Shown: piece by piece, positions 11,994 to 23,437 of the stretch
How positions within the stretch are numbered: position 1 is the stretch's first letter
How the letters are laid out: each line of letters starts with the position of its first letter
From: an uncultured candidate division Zixibacteria bacterium
GTDB taxonomy: Bacteria; Zixibacteria; MSB-5A5; GN15; FEB-12
Assembly (NCBI GenBank): GCA_963806185.1
Contig: CAWDXE010000001.1
Location: forward strand, 256,001 to 320,000
DNA: 64,000 bases
Direction: 5' to 3'
Made by a program: the position numbers and the translations under genes
Notes under the pieces: model-generated
Seen by the model: the letters and a program-made list of their open reading frames with translations, nothing else
The model's database searches: none
What the model was told of the DNA's origin: nothing

Positions 11994-14113
11994 TTATCTA
12001 CCTCTATACACCGACCTTAGGTTTTTCGATTTCTTCTGCGGTTCGAGTCTGGCCTCGCGCGTGAATATGACTTTCGACGCAATGCCGAGAGCAACGAGGC
12101 CGGCGACGAAAAACGTCGTCAACATCGGCCAGCCGACAGACTTGAACAGGACGCCTTCAATTTTCGCCAACATCACCACGATGATGCCACCGAGGAGAAA
12201 CAGGGCATAGAATTGAACCGCGCCGCTCTGCATGTATTTCAGGAAAGAGCCGAAAGTACGGACGAGCCAGCCCGAACCGTTGACGGCGCCATCGATAATC
12301 CATTTGTCGAACCACATCTTGATGTCCGCCCAGAGGACCGTCAGCCAGGCGGTGCCGTTGACGGCGCCATCGACAACGTTGGCGTCAAAACTCCACATGA
12401 AGCGGCTGATGGCCAGGATGGGCCGGATCAATATCAGATCATAAAGTTCATCAAAATAGTATTTGTTGTACAGGAGCGTGTAGATCGGTCTGAATCTGCG
12501 CCGCAAGCGCATCGGCTGAGATCGACTTCTTGATAGTACATCAGGTAGGCGAGCCCGATACCGGCGAGAGAGATCACCGTCGAGAGCGCCATCATGAAGT
12601 AATTTGGCGCGGCATGATGCGGTTCGCCGTGGAAGACGAACGATGAAAAACCGTGCGACAACCAGGGGAGCGCCACCCAGCCGGCGCAGACCGAAAGCAC
12701 GGCCAGGAGAATCAGCGGATAGGTCATAACGTTCGGCGATTCGTGAGCGTGGTCATAGCGATGCTGATTGCGCGGCTCGCCGAAGAAGGTCAGGAAGCAG
12801 AGCCGCCACATGTAGAAGGCGGTCATGAAGGCGATAGTCAGCGTGCCGATGAAGAAGACCGGATGATGCAGGGTCGTGGCGATGATTTCATCTTTCGACC
12901 AGAAGCCGGATAACGGGAAGATGCCGGCGATCGACAGCGAGGCGATCAGAAAGGTTTTGCTGGTGATCGCCGAGTTTCCTGTTCAGGCCGCCCATCTCCT
13001 GAATGTCGTTGGTGTGCACGGCGTGAATGACCGAACCGGCGCCGAGGAACAGCAGCCCTTTGAAAGAAGGCGTGGGTCATCAGGTGAAGAGTACCGGCGA
13101 CAAAACCGGCGGAGTGTTCGCCGAGGGCGGTATCGTGACCATACAGGCCGAGGGCCATGATCATGTAACCGAGCTGGGAGACGGTCGAATAGGCGAGAAT
13201 TCGTTTAATGTCGTTTTGGACCAGGCCGATGGTGGCAGCCAGGAACGAGGTAATCAGGCCGATGATGGCGACGACCATGGAGGCTTCGGCCGAGCCGACG
13301 AAGATATTCATTGAGCGCGCGACCAGATAGACGCCGGCGGCGACCATGGTGGCGGCATGGATGAGGGCGGACACCGGGAGTCGGGCCTTCCATAGCGTCG
13401 GGCAGCCAGACATGCAGCGGGAACTGGGCGGACTTTCCGACCGCGCCGCAGAAGAGGAAAATGGCGGCGGCGGTCAGGATGGCCGGCGGAATCTGCCACC
13501 GGCAACTTTGTCAAACACCTCATGGTAGTTGAACGTGCCACAGTAGATGCCGATCAGCATCAGGCCGATGATGAAGCCGAGATCGCCGATGCGGGTGGTG
13601 ATGAACGCCTTCTTGCCGGCATCGGCCGCGCTCTTCTTTTCGAACCAGAAGCCGATCAGGAGGTAGGAGGTCACGCCGACCAGCTCCCAGAAGATGAAGA
13701 TCATGAAGAAGTTGTTGGCCAGCACGAGACCCGAGCATCGAGAACAAGAACAGCGACAGGTAGGCGAAGAAGCGGCTGAAGCGCGGGTCGTCTTTCATGT
13801 ACCCGAGCGAATAGATCTGCACGCAGGCACCGACGGTGGTCACCACGACCAGCATAATGGCGGTGATGGAATCGACCAGAATGCCAATTTCGAAGTTGAG
13901 TCCGGAAAATGAAGTAATCAGCGTGCGCCACTCGTACGATTCGCCATGGCGAGCAATCGTCTCGAAGAGAATGACAATCGACATCACCCAGCCGATGAGG
14001 ATCGTCGCGATAGAGAAGCCGGCCGAGACCTTTTCGTTCCAGCGCAGGAAGAAGACGATCAGGGCAAACGAGAGAAGCGGCAGGAGCGCAATCAAATAGG
14101 CATGTTGTGTCAT
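11994..14113 (-). CDS. nuoL: NADH-quinone oxidoreductase subunit L (apparent frameshifts)
   Basis: [67 protein letters not shown]. Confidence 0.9.
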
Positions 14114-14123
14114 GTATCTTCCC

Positions 14124-14423
14124 TCACCACTTCATCACGCTGAAGTTATCGGAGTCAACGCCGCGCCAGTTTCGGTAGACGAGCAATACGATCGCCAGGC
14201 CGACGGTCGCTTCGGCGGCGGCCATCGCCACGATGAAGATCGCGAAGATCTGTCCGGACATGCCGGCGGTGGCGACAAATTTGTTGAAGGCCACAAAATT
14301 GATATTGGCCGCGTTGAACATCAGCTCGAGCGACATCAGGATGCCGATGGTGTTGCGGCGCGTAATCACACCAAAGAGACCGATGGCAAACAGGATGGCC
14401 GCCAGGATCAGGTAATATTGCAT
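14124..14423 (-). CDS. nuoK: NADH-quinone oxidoreductase subunit K
   Basis: MQYYLILAAILFAIGLFG...LMSLELMFNAA...AAAEATVGLA, 99 aa. Confidence 0.9.
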   Translation of the reverse strand: MQYYLILAAILFAIGLFGVITRRNTIGILMSLELMFNAANINFVAFNKFVATAGMSGQIFAIFIVAMAAAEATVGLAIVLLVYRNWRGVDSDNFSVMKW

Positions 14424-14931
14424 CAGGCCCTCTCCCCTCTTGCCAGGACGATGGCGCCGATCAGCGCGGCCACGAGCAGGACCGAGATCAATTCGAACGG
14501 GCAGCATGAATTCAGTCAGAAGCAGTTTGCCGATCACGAACGTGTTTTTCAACGGCAGGGCGTTGGCGCTAAGTCGCCAGATATCGGTGGCGCCGATCAG
14601 AAGCGACGCAACGGCGACGAAGAACAGGCAGATGAAGGCCCCGGTGACGGCGTGCTGATTGACCTGGGCGATGCGCTGGCCGGCCAGATTCGAGGTCAAC
14701 ATGATGGCGAACATCATCAGAATGGAGACCGCGCCTACATATATGAGCACCTGCGCGGCCGCCAGGAACTCGGCATGCAAGCAGGATGAATATACCGGCC
14801 ACCGCCGAGAGCGAGACAATCAACGCCAAGGCGCAATGGAAGATATTCTTGAGACTCACAACGAGCAAGCCGGCGAGCACGATCACAAAAGCGAGGATCC
14901 AGAACACAATGCCGACGTCAGGCTGCATCAT
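14423..14931 (-). CDS. nuoJ: NADH-quinone oxidoreductase subunit J (apparent frameshifts)
   Basis: KNIFHCALAL...AEFLAAAQVLIYVGAVSILMMFAIML. Confidence 0.85.
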
Positions 14932-15479
14932 CACTTTGCCTCTCCTTCGGGATCTCCGTCGGGCTTGCGGCATCGGTGCTCGGGCTGCTCGGCGCGGCGA
15001 CCAGGAGCGGCGGCCGCAGCCGGAGCTTTCTTCTTTCGGGTGTCGACATAGTCGACATTGCGGCCATTCGCCTGCAACTTCTCCATATCCCAGATGGTGT
15101 CGCTCTTGGTGAGCGTGGAAAATTCGTACTTGGGAGCCATCTTCAGAGCGCTGAAGTTGCAGGCCTCTTCGCAGAGTCCGCAGATAGCAGCAAATGCCGA
15201 AATCGATCTGGAAATTCTGCAGATGACGTTTCTTGGCCTCGTCGCGCGGAGCGTCGATAACGATCGCGCCGGTGGGACAGGCGCGCATGCAGAGCATGCA
15301 GGCGGTGCAATTGAGTTCGCCGGTTTCCTTATCCGAAAGCAGGACGACGATGCCGCGCGACCGCTCGGGCATGGTCATTTTCTGTTCCGGATACTGAATA
15401 GTGATGGCATGGCGGCCGAGATGCTTGCTGGTGATCCTCATCCCGGTGAGGAGTTCTTTATGTCTTTCCAGATTCCCAT
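14931..15479 (-). CDS. nuoI: NADH-quinone oxidoreductase subunit I (apparent frameshifts)
   Basis: TIQYPE, CTACMLCMRACP, second ferredoxin motif split by an indel, APKYEFS. Confidence 0.85.
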
Positions 15480-15495
15480 CGTTATCGTCCTTGTC

Positions 15496-16566
15496 TCACC
15501 AGTACCATTCGGCGTATTTCATCCAGCCGGTCAGGATCAGATTGGCAAACGTCAGCGGCACCAGGAATTTCCAGGCGAACTCCATCAGCTGGTCGACGCG
15601 CAGTCGCGGGAAGGTCCAGCGGAACAGCATCAGTATGAAAACGACCAAGAGCGTCTTGCCGAGGAACCAGATCCACGACGGCAGGAACGGCCCGTTCCAG
15701 CCGCCGAGGAACAGGGTGGTGGCGATCGCCGAGACGGTGAACATGTTGACGAATTCGGCCAGAAAGAACATGGCGAACTTCATGCCGGAGTATTCGACAT
15801 TGTACCCGGCGACCAGTTCCTGTTCGGCCTCGGGAATGTCAAACGGCGTGCGGTTGGTCTCGGCCGTGGCGGCGATCAGATAGGTCAGGAACGCGATCGG
15901 GCCGAACGGCACGCGGAAGATGAACCAGTTGAAGATACCATGTCCCTTGCTGGGATTCGACGATATCGACCATCGACAGCGAGCCGGAAAAGACGATCAC
16001 GGCCAGAATCGAAGCGACCATCGGGACTTCGTAGCTGACAACCTGCGCGGCCGAACGAATGCCGCCGAGCAGGGCGTACTTGTTGTTGGAGCCCCAGCCG
16101 GCCATCAGCAGCGAGATGATGGTGAAAGTCGTGACGGCGAGGATGTAAAGGATGCCGATGTTGAGATCGGCGACGATTACGCCCTTGCCGAACGGAATGA
16201 CGATGTAGGCGAGAAAGGCGGCGACAAAGCAGACGACCGGCGCCCAGAAGAAGACTACCTTGTCGCGCGTGGTGACGCGAATATCTTCCTTCTGCAGCAG
16301 TTTCACGGCATCCATGACGGTCTGATACCAGCCGTGCCAGCCGGTGCGCATCGGGCCGAAGCGCTGCTGAATGTGCGCGGAGATTTTGCGCTCCCACCAG
16401 ACCAGGAACAGCGCCACCAGAGCAAGGAAGCCGAAGACAACAACCGCGAGCAGAACGTATTCGACAATGGTGAGCCAGGGATCGCCGAGCCCGGTGGAGG
16501 CAAGCAGTTCATGGAGCCAGGTGAAAAGCGGCCCAGTTCGAGTGCCTCAATCACGGGGAGCATCAT
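15496..16566 (-). CDS. nuoH: NADH-quinone oxidoreductase subunit H (apparent frameshifts)
   Basis: [70 protein letters not shown]. Confidence 0.9.
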
Positions 16567-17666
16567 CGATCGACCTCCGGCATGATGATATCGAGCGAGG
16601 CCATGATCGCGACGATGTCGGCGATGAGATGCCCTTTACCAAGTTCCGGAAGGACCTGCAATGCGTTGTAGGAACCGCCGCGCGTCTTGACGCGAAGCGG
16701 TTTCGTGGTGCCGTCGGACTGGAGATAGACGCCGAGTTCACCGCGGGAATTTTCGATGCGGGCGTAGGTCTCGCCGACCGGCGGCTTGAAGACGCCGGGG
16801 ACTTTGGCCTTGAAGTCGCCCTCGGGAAGGCCGTCGAGCGCCTGCGTGATGATCTTCAGCGACTCTTTGATTTCCTGAAGACGCTGGATATATCGGTCGA
16901 AGCAGTCGCCGTTCTTCTGCACGGGAATATCGAAATCGAACCGGTCGTAGATGGAGTATGGATCATCTTTGCGGAGATCGTAGTTTACGCCGCTGGCGCG
17001 GAGAATCGGACCGGAGACGCCGTAGGCGATCGCCAGTTCCGGCGACATCACGCCGACATTCTTCTTGCGAGCCATCCAGATCGGGTTCTCGTTCAGCAGA
17101 CCCTCGTAGTCGCGACATCTTCTCGGTAATAGTCGCCACCGCTTCGCGGCCTTGGCGACGAAAGGTCGGATGAATATCGCGCGAGACACCGCCGATGCGG
17201 ATATAATTGTAGGTGAGGCGCTGACCGCAGGTCATTTCGAACAGATCCATGATCAGTTCGCGTTCGCGGAAACCGTACAGAAACGGCGTGATCGCGCCGA
17301 GATCCAGCGCGGTCGTGCCGTACCAAAGAAGGTGCGAGGCTATACGGTTCAGTTCGAGCATGATGACGCGAAGGTATTCCGCCCGCTCCGGCACCTGAAT
17401 CCGGCCAGCCGCTCGGCGGCCAGGGCGAAGACGTAGTTGCAGGACATGGCCGTGACATATTCGAAGCGATCGAGAATCGGAATGCACTGCGGGTAGGTGC
17501 GGTTTTCGCAGATTTTTTCAATCGCCCGGTGCAGATAGCCGATCACCGGTTCAATCTTGACGACCCGCTCGCCGTCCATGGTAAGCAGCAACCGGCAGAC
17601 ACCGTGGGTCGACGGATGGTGCGGCCCCATGTTGACGACGAATTCTTCGGTCCGCAGCTTGCTCAT
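16563..17666 (-). CDS. nuoD: NADH-quinone oxidoreductase subunit D (apparent frameshifts)
   Basis: [42 protein letters not shown]-terminal PEVDR. Confidence 0.9.
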
Positions 17667-18139
17667 TTATCAAACTCCGGCAACCGAATGAAATCGGGCG
17701 CGTCCCAATCCTTGCGCATCGGATACCCCTGATTCCAGTCGTCGGGCAGCAGGAATCGTTTCAGGTTGCCGTGATTGCGGACGTTGATGCCGTACAGCTC
17801 CCACATTTCGCGTTCGAACCAGTTGGCGGCCGGCCAGATGGTCTGAATGGAGTCGAGCTCGGCACTATCGTACGGCAGGATCAACTTGAAATCCAGGCGG
17901 AGATTCTTGCACGAACAGGCGAGATTGTACACCACCTCGAAATTCGTCTTATTGTCCAGCGCCCCCATATTGCAGAGCGTGTCCATGCAGGTAGTCGAAT
18001 CGTCACGCAATGCTTTGGTTACCGCGAGAAGATCATACGGCTCGATTTGAAACATCGGATCGTGACGGCCGGTGTCGAGAAGCTTCAACTTGCCGTCGAA
18101 GTGAGCAACGATGTAGGCTTTCAGTTCGTCCTTGGTCAT
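17663..18139 (-). CDS. nuoC: NADH-quinone oxidoreductase subunit C
   Basis: [17 protein letters not shown]...GYPMRKD. Confidence 0.9.
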   Translation of the reverse strand: MTKDELKAYIVAHFDGKLKLLDTGRHDPMFQIEPYDLLAVTKALRDDSTTCMDTLCNMGALDNKTNFEVVYNLACSCKNLRLDFKLILPYDSAELDSIQTIWPAANWFEREMWELYGINVRNHGNLKRFLLPDDWNQGYPMRKDWDAPDFIRLPEFDK

Positions 18140-18653
18140 CCCCTCGCTCCTGCCAATCGGACAATTTCTGCGCTTTGATCTTCTTCTGAAGTGTCAGACA
18201 TCCCTCGAGCAGTGATTCGGGACGAGGCGGACAGCCGGGGATATAGACGTCGACCGGGACGATATGATCGATTCCCTTCTCGACGGCGTAGGAATCGTAG
18301 TAGAACGGGCCACCTTTGATCGTGCAGCCGCCCATCGCGATGACATAGCGGGGCTCGGCCATCTGGTCGTAGAGGCGGCGAAGGCGGGGAGCCATTTTCT
18401 TGGTAATGGTGCCGGCTGCGATAATCAGGTCGGATTGGCGCGGCGAGGCGCGGAAAATCATACCGAGGCGATCGAAATCATAGCGCGACGCACCGGTGGC
18501 CATCAGTTCGATGGCGCAGCAGGCGGTACCAAACAGGAGGTACCAGAGTGAGCAGGCCTGTCCGTGATGGAGGATAGCTTCCAACGACGTGGTGACGATC
18601 GCACCGCCCGGAATCTTCTCGGCGTAGACGGGGAGTTCTTTGATCAGACCCAT
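18136..18653 (-). CDS. nuoB: NADH-quinone oxidoreductase subunit B (3' end approximate; a probable indel extends the ORF to 18033)
   Basis: [33 protein letters not shown]. Confidence 0.9.
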
Positions 18654-18997
18654 TTGAGGGCTCCCTTCTTCCAGGCGTAGAAGAATCCATAAAAGAGGAT
18701 CAGGACGAAGAGTATCATCTCAACCAGGGCGTAGAGCCCGAGCTGGCCGAAGGCAACCGCCCACGGAAAGAGGAAGATCGCTTCGACGTCAAAGATCACG
18801 AAGATCAGCGCAATAATGTAGAACCGGTTGTTGAACTGTATCCACGAGGAGCCGATCGGGTCTTCGGCACATTCATAGTTGAGATTTTTGGCCGGATAGG
18901 GGTGATGAGGGCGAATCAGGCGGCTGAGAAAGAAGGTAAAAAGGACGATCCCGGTCCCAGCGGCGAGGAAGATCAGAACGGCTAAGTATGCACTCAT
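18644..18997 (-). CDS. nuoA: NADH-quinone oxidoreductase subunit A
   Basis: [38 protein letters not shown]. Confidence 0.92.
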   Translation of the reverse strand: MSAYLAVLIFLAAGTGIVLFTFFLSRLIRPHHPYPAKNLNYECAEDPIGSSWIQFNNRFYIIALIFVIFDVEAIFLFPWAVAFGQLGLYALVEMILFVLILFYGFFYAWKKGALKWV

Positions 18998-19025
18998 CAC
19001 ATCAAGTCCTTCTCGGTTCAGTATC

Positions 19026-19051
19026 GGACTTGTGACGGAATTCACAAGTCC
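19026..19051. promoter_or_regulatory. Perfect-arm palindrome upstream of nuoA, Rex- or CRP/FNR-like operator
   Basis: GGACTTGTGA-CGGAAT-TCACAAGTCC, 10-bp arms, core TTGTGA-N6-TCACAA. Confidence 0.65.
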
Positions 19052-19505
19052 ACCTTGGGCAAGAAACATTTCTGGCCTTCAAAGTCAAGGCCTTTTTTGG
19101 GATTTTGTAGAGCCAACTTGTTATATAATATACAGAATGGTAAGTACAAGGTGAGGGGAACGAAAAGGTACCGAAATTGGCTCCAAGATGGACGAGTCGG
19201 GTAAATTATATACATCCTATCCTGCAATTGGATGGTCAGTTAGAGAGAATGTTTGTCGACTTGCTCTGGATTCGGGTTTGGGGAGTGATGATGGAACGGG
19301 AGCGGCAAAATGGTGCGATCAACTCCATGATATTTTTGAGAATTGAAAAAATGGCAGAAAAGGCATTGGCCCCAATTTTGGCTATTGAGGTCTTTAATAT
19401 TTTGCTTTCACCCGGCTGGAGCGGGAGCTGGGAACGGTGGGAGGAATCAGTCAGTGAACCGCCAAGCATAGGGTCCGAGCCCCCGAATTCGGCGAAAAAG
19501 AGGGT

Positions 19506-20708
19506 TTACTGCTCGACTCTTGGCAGATCGCGTTCGAGTTCCTTGTCCTCGCGGTAGCCGAGCGCGTAGTCAGCCTGCAACAGGGTATGGATTTCGCGGG
19601 TCCCCTCGTAGATCGACGCACCCTTGGAGTTGCGATAAAACCGCTCCACCGGATATTCGTCGGAAAAGCCGTAGGCACCGAAACATTGCACGGCGTTGGC
19701 GGCAGCCGCCTCGGCCTCGCGGCAGGCAATCCACTTGGCCATCGATGTCGCCCGAGTGGAGCGTTTCCCCTGATTCTTGAGCCAGCCAGCTTTCATCCAA
19801 AGATAAGTTGAATACTCATACCCGGCTTCCATGTTGGCGATCATCTGTTTCACCAGTTGATGCTCACCAATCTCTTTTTCGAACGTCTTACGCTGATGCG
19901 AGTAGCCGGCAGCGGCGTCGCGACAGGCGCGGATGAGTCCGCACGAGCCGGCGGCGACGGTGTACCTGCCCTGGTCGAGGCAGAACATGGCGATCTTGAA
20001 GCCTGCTCCCTCTTTGTAGACGAGATTGGCGGCCGGGACTTTGACATCCTGGAAGGCGATGTAGCCGGTACTGCCGGCGCGGACGCCGAGCTTGCCGTGA
20101 AGGGTGCCGGTGGAGACACCGGGCCAGTTGTTTTCGACTATGAAAGCCGACAAGCCGCTGTGGTCGCGTTTGCGTTTCTTTTCGAGATCGGTCCAGGCGA
20201 AGACGAGGAAGTAGTCGGCGACGGCGGCCAGCGAGATCCACATCTTCTCACCGTTCAGTACATAATGATCGCCCTGTTTGACAGCGGTAGTCTGAATGCC
20301 GACCGCGTCGGAACCGGCCGCCGGTTCGGTGAGACCGAAGGTGGCGATCTTCTGCCCTTTGGCGGCGGGGACGAGGTATTTTTGTTTCTGTTCCTCGTTG
20401 GCCCAGACGAGCACCGGTAGGGAGAAAAGGCCGATGTGAACGGAAAGGATGACGCGTGCGGAGGTGTCGCCGTATTCCATTTCCTCGGACGCGAGGCCAA
20501 GCGAGATATAATCCATGCCCAGCCCGCCGTACTGTTCGGGGATGCAGAAGCCGAGCAGGTTGGCCTCGGCCATGGCCGGGAGGAGGTCGGGGTTGAGTTT
20601 CTGGGCGCGATCGAATTCCTGGATATTGGGGAGAATCAGCCGATTGACCAGTTCGCGGGTCATGTCGCGGACGGCGAGCTGGTTTTCGGTGAAGCTGAAA
20701 TCTATCAT
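19506..20708 (-). CDS. Acyl-CoA dehydrogenase
   Basis: FGLTEPAAGSD, LNGEKMWIS, FGAYGFSDEYPVERFYR, IYEGTREI. Confidence 0.95.
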   Translation of the reverse strand: MIDFSFTENQLAVRDMTRELVNRLILPNIQEFDRAQKLNPDLLPAMAEANLLGFCIPEQYGGLGMDYISLGLASEEMEYGDTSARVILSVHIGLFSLPVLVWANEEQKQKYLVPAAKGQKIATFGLTEPAAGSDAVGIQTTAVKQGDHYVLNGEKMWISLAAVADYFLVFAWTDLEKKRKRDHSGLSAFIVENNWPGVSTGTLHGKLGVRAGSTGYIAFQDVKVPAANLVYKEGAGFKIAMFCLDQGRYTVAAGSCGLIRACRDAAAGYSHQRKTFEKEIGEHQLVKQMIANMEAGYEYSTYLWMKAGWLKNQGKRSTRATSMAKWIACREAEAAAANAVQCFGAYGFSDEYPVERFYRNSKGASIYEGTREIHTLLQADYALGYREDKELERDLPRVEQ

Positions 20709-20867
20709 GCGGTTACTACTCCTTTGACGCCGTTTGCGGCGTGACTATATACGTCTTTTCGCACGTAATGTCAATCGACGTGGCCCATGATCGGGGACGC
20801 TTTCGGCAGTTGCCGAAGGTGGAGACGGGGAGTATATTGGCGCCAGATAACCAACCACGATTGATAT

Positions 20868-21344
20868 ATGAGCCATCCACTGAAGACCAAAACCGATCTT
20901 GTCCCCTACTCGGAGCAGTACTCCACGCTGGTCCGTTCCTGGCTGGACACGCCCAAGACATACCAGGATGTCTGCCGGGGGAAGGATTTCCCGCCGCCGG
21001 AAGATATCGTCGACAACTGGCAGCGTCAGGACACCGAATCGTTCCTGCTTTTCGCGGACAACAAGCCGGTCGCGTATGGCGAATTGTGGCACCGACCGGT
21101 GGAAATGGCGAGTGAGATCATGCACCTCTTGGTATCGCCGTACGATCGGGGCAAAGGGTATGGGACGCACATGACGGAGATGCTCTTTCAGCGCGCTGCA
21201 CAGCGGGGGAATCTGGTGAAGGTGCTGATCAATGTGTATGGCGACAATCGCGAGGCGCTGGGCTGTTATGTGAAGGCGGGGTTTGAGCTTTTGGGGACGA
21301 CGACACACCTGACCGGTTTACGGCTGGTGAAGCTGGTGGAATAG
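20868..21344 (+). CDS. GNAT family N-acetyltransferase
   Basis: LLVSPYDRGKGYGT acetyl-CoA motif; NREALGCYVKAGF. Confidence 0.85.
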   Translation: MSHPLKTKTDLVPYSEQYSTLVRSWLDTPKTYQDVCRGKDFPPPEDIVDNWQRQDTESFLLFADNKPVAYGELWHRPVEMASEIMHLLVSPYDRGKGYGTHMTEMLFQRAAQRGNLVKVLINVYGDNREALGCYVKAGFELLGTTTHLTGLRLVKLVE

Positions 21345-21378
21345 GGATTCAAGCAATAAAACTTAGGGATAGAGACAC

Positions 21379-22234
21379 ATGATCAAGAAAGTCGGTATCA
21401 TCGGGTTCGGGCAGATGGGCTCGGGCATCGGACAGGTCGCGGCGGGCGCCGGGTATTCGGTGGTCGCACGCGAGGTCAACGATGCAGCCTTCCAAAAAGG
21501 ACTCGGCTACATCACGAAATCGATCGACAAGGCGATCGAAAAGGGAAAGGCCGACCAGGCGTTCAAGCAGAAAGTGGTCGGCAATATCAACGGGACAACG
21601 TCGCTGAGTGATCTGGCCGACTGCGATATCATCTGCGAGGCGGTGATCGAGAATATTGAGGTCAAGAAGGCAGGTGTACAAAGAGCTGGACGGCATCTGC
21701 AAAGCCGAGACGATATTTGCGTCGAATACCTCTTCGCTGTCGATCAGCGACATGGCGGCAGTGACCGGCCGTCGCGACCGCTTTGTCGGTCTGCACTTTT
21801 TCAACCCGGTGTCGATGATGAAACTGTGCGAGGTGGTAAAATCGATTGATACGTCGGAAGCGACCTTCAAGGCGGCGTTTGATTTTGCCTCGTCGCTCGG
21901 CAAGACGTGTGTGACGGCGAAGGATTCGCCGGGATTTATCGTCAATGTGCTGTTGATGCCGTTCTTGCTCGACGCGATCCGCCCGCTGGAACGCGGACTG
22001 GCGTCACGCGAGGATATCGACAACGGCATGATGCTCGGGTGCGGACATCCGATGGGGCCGTTGGCGCTGACTGATTTTATCGGCACCGACACGATTCTGT
22101 ATATCGCGGACATCATGTTCGAGGAATTCAAGGACTCTCATTACGCTGCGCCGCCGCTGTTGCGCCGGATGGTCAACGCCGGGTATCTCGGCAAGAAGTG
22201 CGGGCGCGGCTTTTACGATTACAGCAAGAAATAA
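21379..22234 (+). CDS. hbd: 3-hydroxybutyryl-CoA dehydrogenase (one apparent frameshift near 21670)
   Basis: GFGQMGSGI, EAVIEN; then ASNTSSLSI, GLHFFNPV, PMGPLALTDFIG in the next frame. Confidence 0.9.
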
Positions 22235-22255
22235 CGAGGAGACAGGAACGAATAT

Positions 22256-23043
22256 ATGACTGATTACAAGAATCTCATTGTCGAACGGGACGACAAGATC
22301 CTGATGGTGAAGATCAATCGCGAACGGGCGCTCAATGCGCTGAATCGCGAGACGATCGGCGAATTACAGCAGCTGTTCAGTTTTCACTGGTCGGATGACA
22401 CGGTCCGTACTGTGTGATTCTCACCGGCGCCGGCGAGAAGGCGTTTGTGGCGGGAGCCGACATACCGGAACTGGCCGATCTCGATGTCCGCACCGGGGCG
22501 GATCTGTCCGGGCGCGGGCTGTATCTGATGAAGACGATCCAGAACTTCCCCAAGCCGGTGATTGCAGCGATCAACGGGTTTGCGCTCGGCGGCGGGTGTG
22601 AACTGGCGATGGCGTGCGATATCCGACTGGCGTCGGAGAAAGCCAAGCTGGGTCAGCCGGAAGTGAATCTGGGGATTATTCCCGGCTACGGCGGCACGCA
22701 GCGGCTGAGCCGTCTGGTGGGTCGGGGCAAGGCGATGCAGATGATCCTGACCGGCGAGTTGATCAACGCGCAGGAAGCGCATCGGATCGGCCTGGTCGAC
22801 GAAGTCTATCCGCCCGACCAGTTGATGCCAAAGGCGCTGGAGATGGCGCGGACGATTTGCACGAAGGGTCCGCTGGCGGTTTCAATGGCCAAGGAGTGCA
22901 TCAATCGCGGCCTCGACGTCAATCTGACCGCCGGCTGCGATCTGGAGAAGGCGAATTTCGGATCGATCTGCGGCACCGGTGACAAGAATGAAGGGATGGA
23001 GGCGTTTCTGGAGAAGCGCAGTCCGAAGTTCACGGGGCATTGA
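22256..23043 (+). CDS. crt: Enoyl-CoA hydratase/crotonase (one apparent frameshift near 22410)
   Basis: MTDYKNLIVE...INRERALNALN; AFVAGADI, GFALGGGCELAMACD, GQPEVNLGIIPGYGGTQRL. Confidence 0.88.
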
Positions 23044-23052
23044 AGTAGTGAA

Positions 23053-23287
23053 GTCAGGTCACGCGCCGCTCGGAAGCGGCGCAGGAGCTGACGTAACGGG
23101 GGGATGGTGGATATCAAGATTCAGACGAGTCAGGCTTCTTGATCGATTGGGTAAGGAAGCCTGACCTCTACGAAGAAGTACGCCCCTACCGGCCCTCACC
23201 CCTGCCCCCGTCCCTAAAGGGAGAGGGGGTAAGAGAAAAGCGTCAGGTCACACGATGCCGGGAAGCAGCGCAGCGACTGACATAACG
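23053..23287. repeat. REP-like palindromic repeat cluster
   Basis: Two 46-nt GTCAGGTCAC...CTGAC(G/A)TAACG copies (23053-23098, 23242-23287), a GTCAGG...CCTGACCTCTACG unit and a CCCTCACCCC...GGGAGAGGGG unit between them. Confidence 0.65.
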
Positions 23288-23380
23288 AAGGATGAGGTTC
23301 ACACGTGGGCAAGGGAGATTTCTGCATGGTGGAGATCACTGCCAAACGGCAGAAATAGGATCTCATCTCGAGCTATCAAG

Positions 23381-23410
23381 AAAGGCCGGTCATCTTTGAC
23401 CGGCCTTTTT
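23381..23410. terminator. Bidirectional intrinsic terminator
   Basis: AAAGGCCGGTCA-TCTT-TGACCGGCCTTTTT between convergent crt and PEP-CTERM genes. Confidence 0.8.
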
Positions 23411-23437
23411 GTGTGTGCGATGGACCTAAGGTAAGAC

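Noticed and set aside
18033..18135. Extended NuoB C-terminus overlapping nuoC
   Set aside because: A single G-run indel near 18140 would restore a normal ATGA junction.
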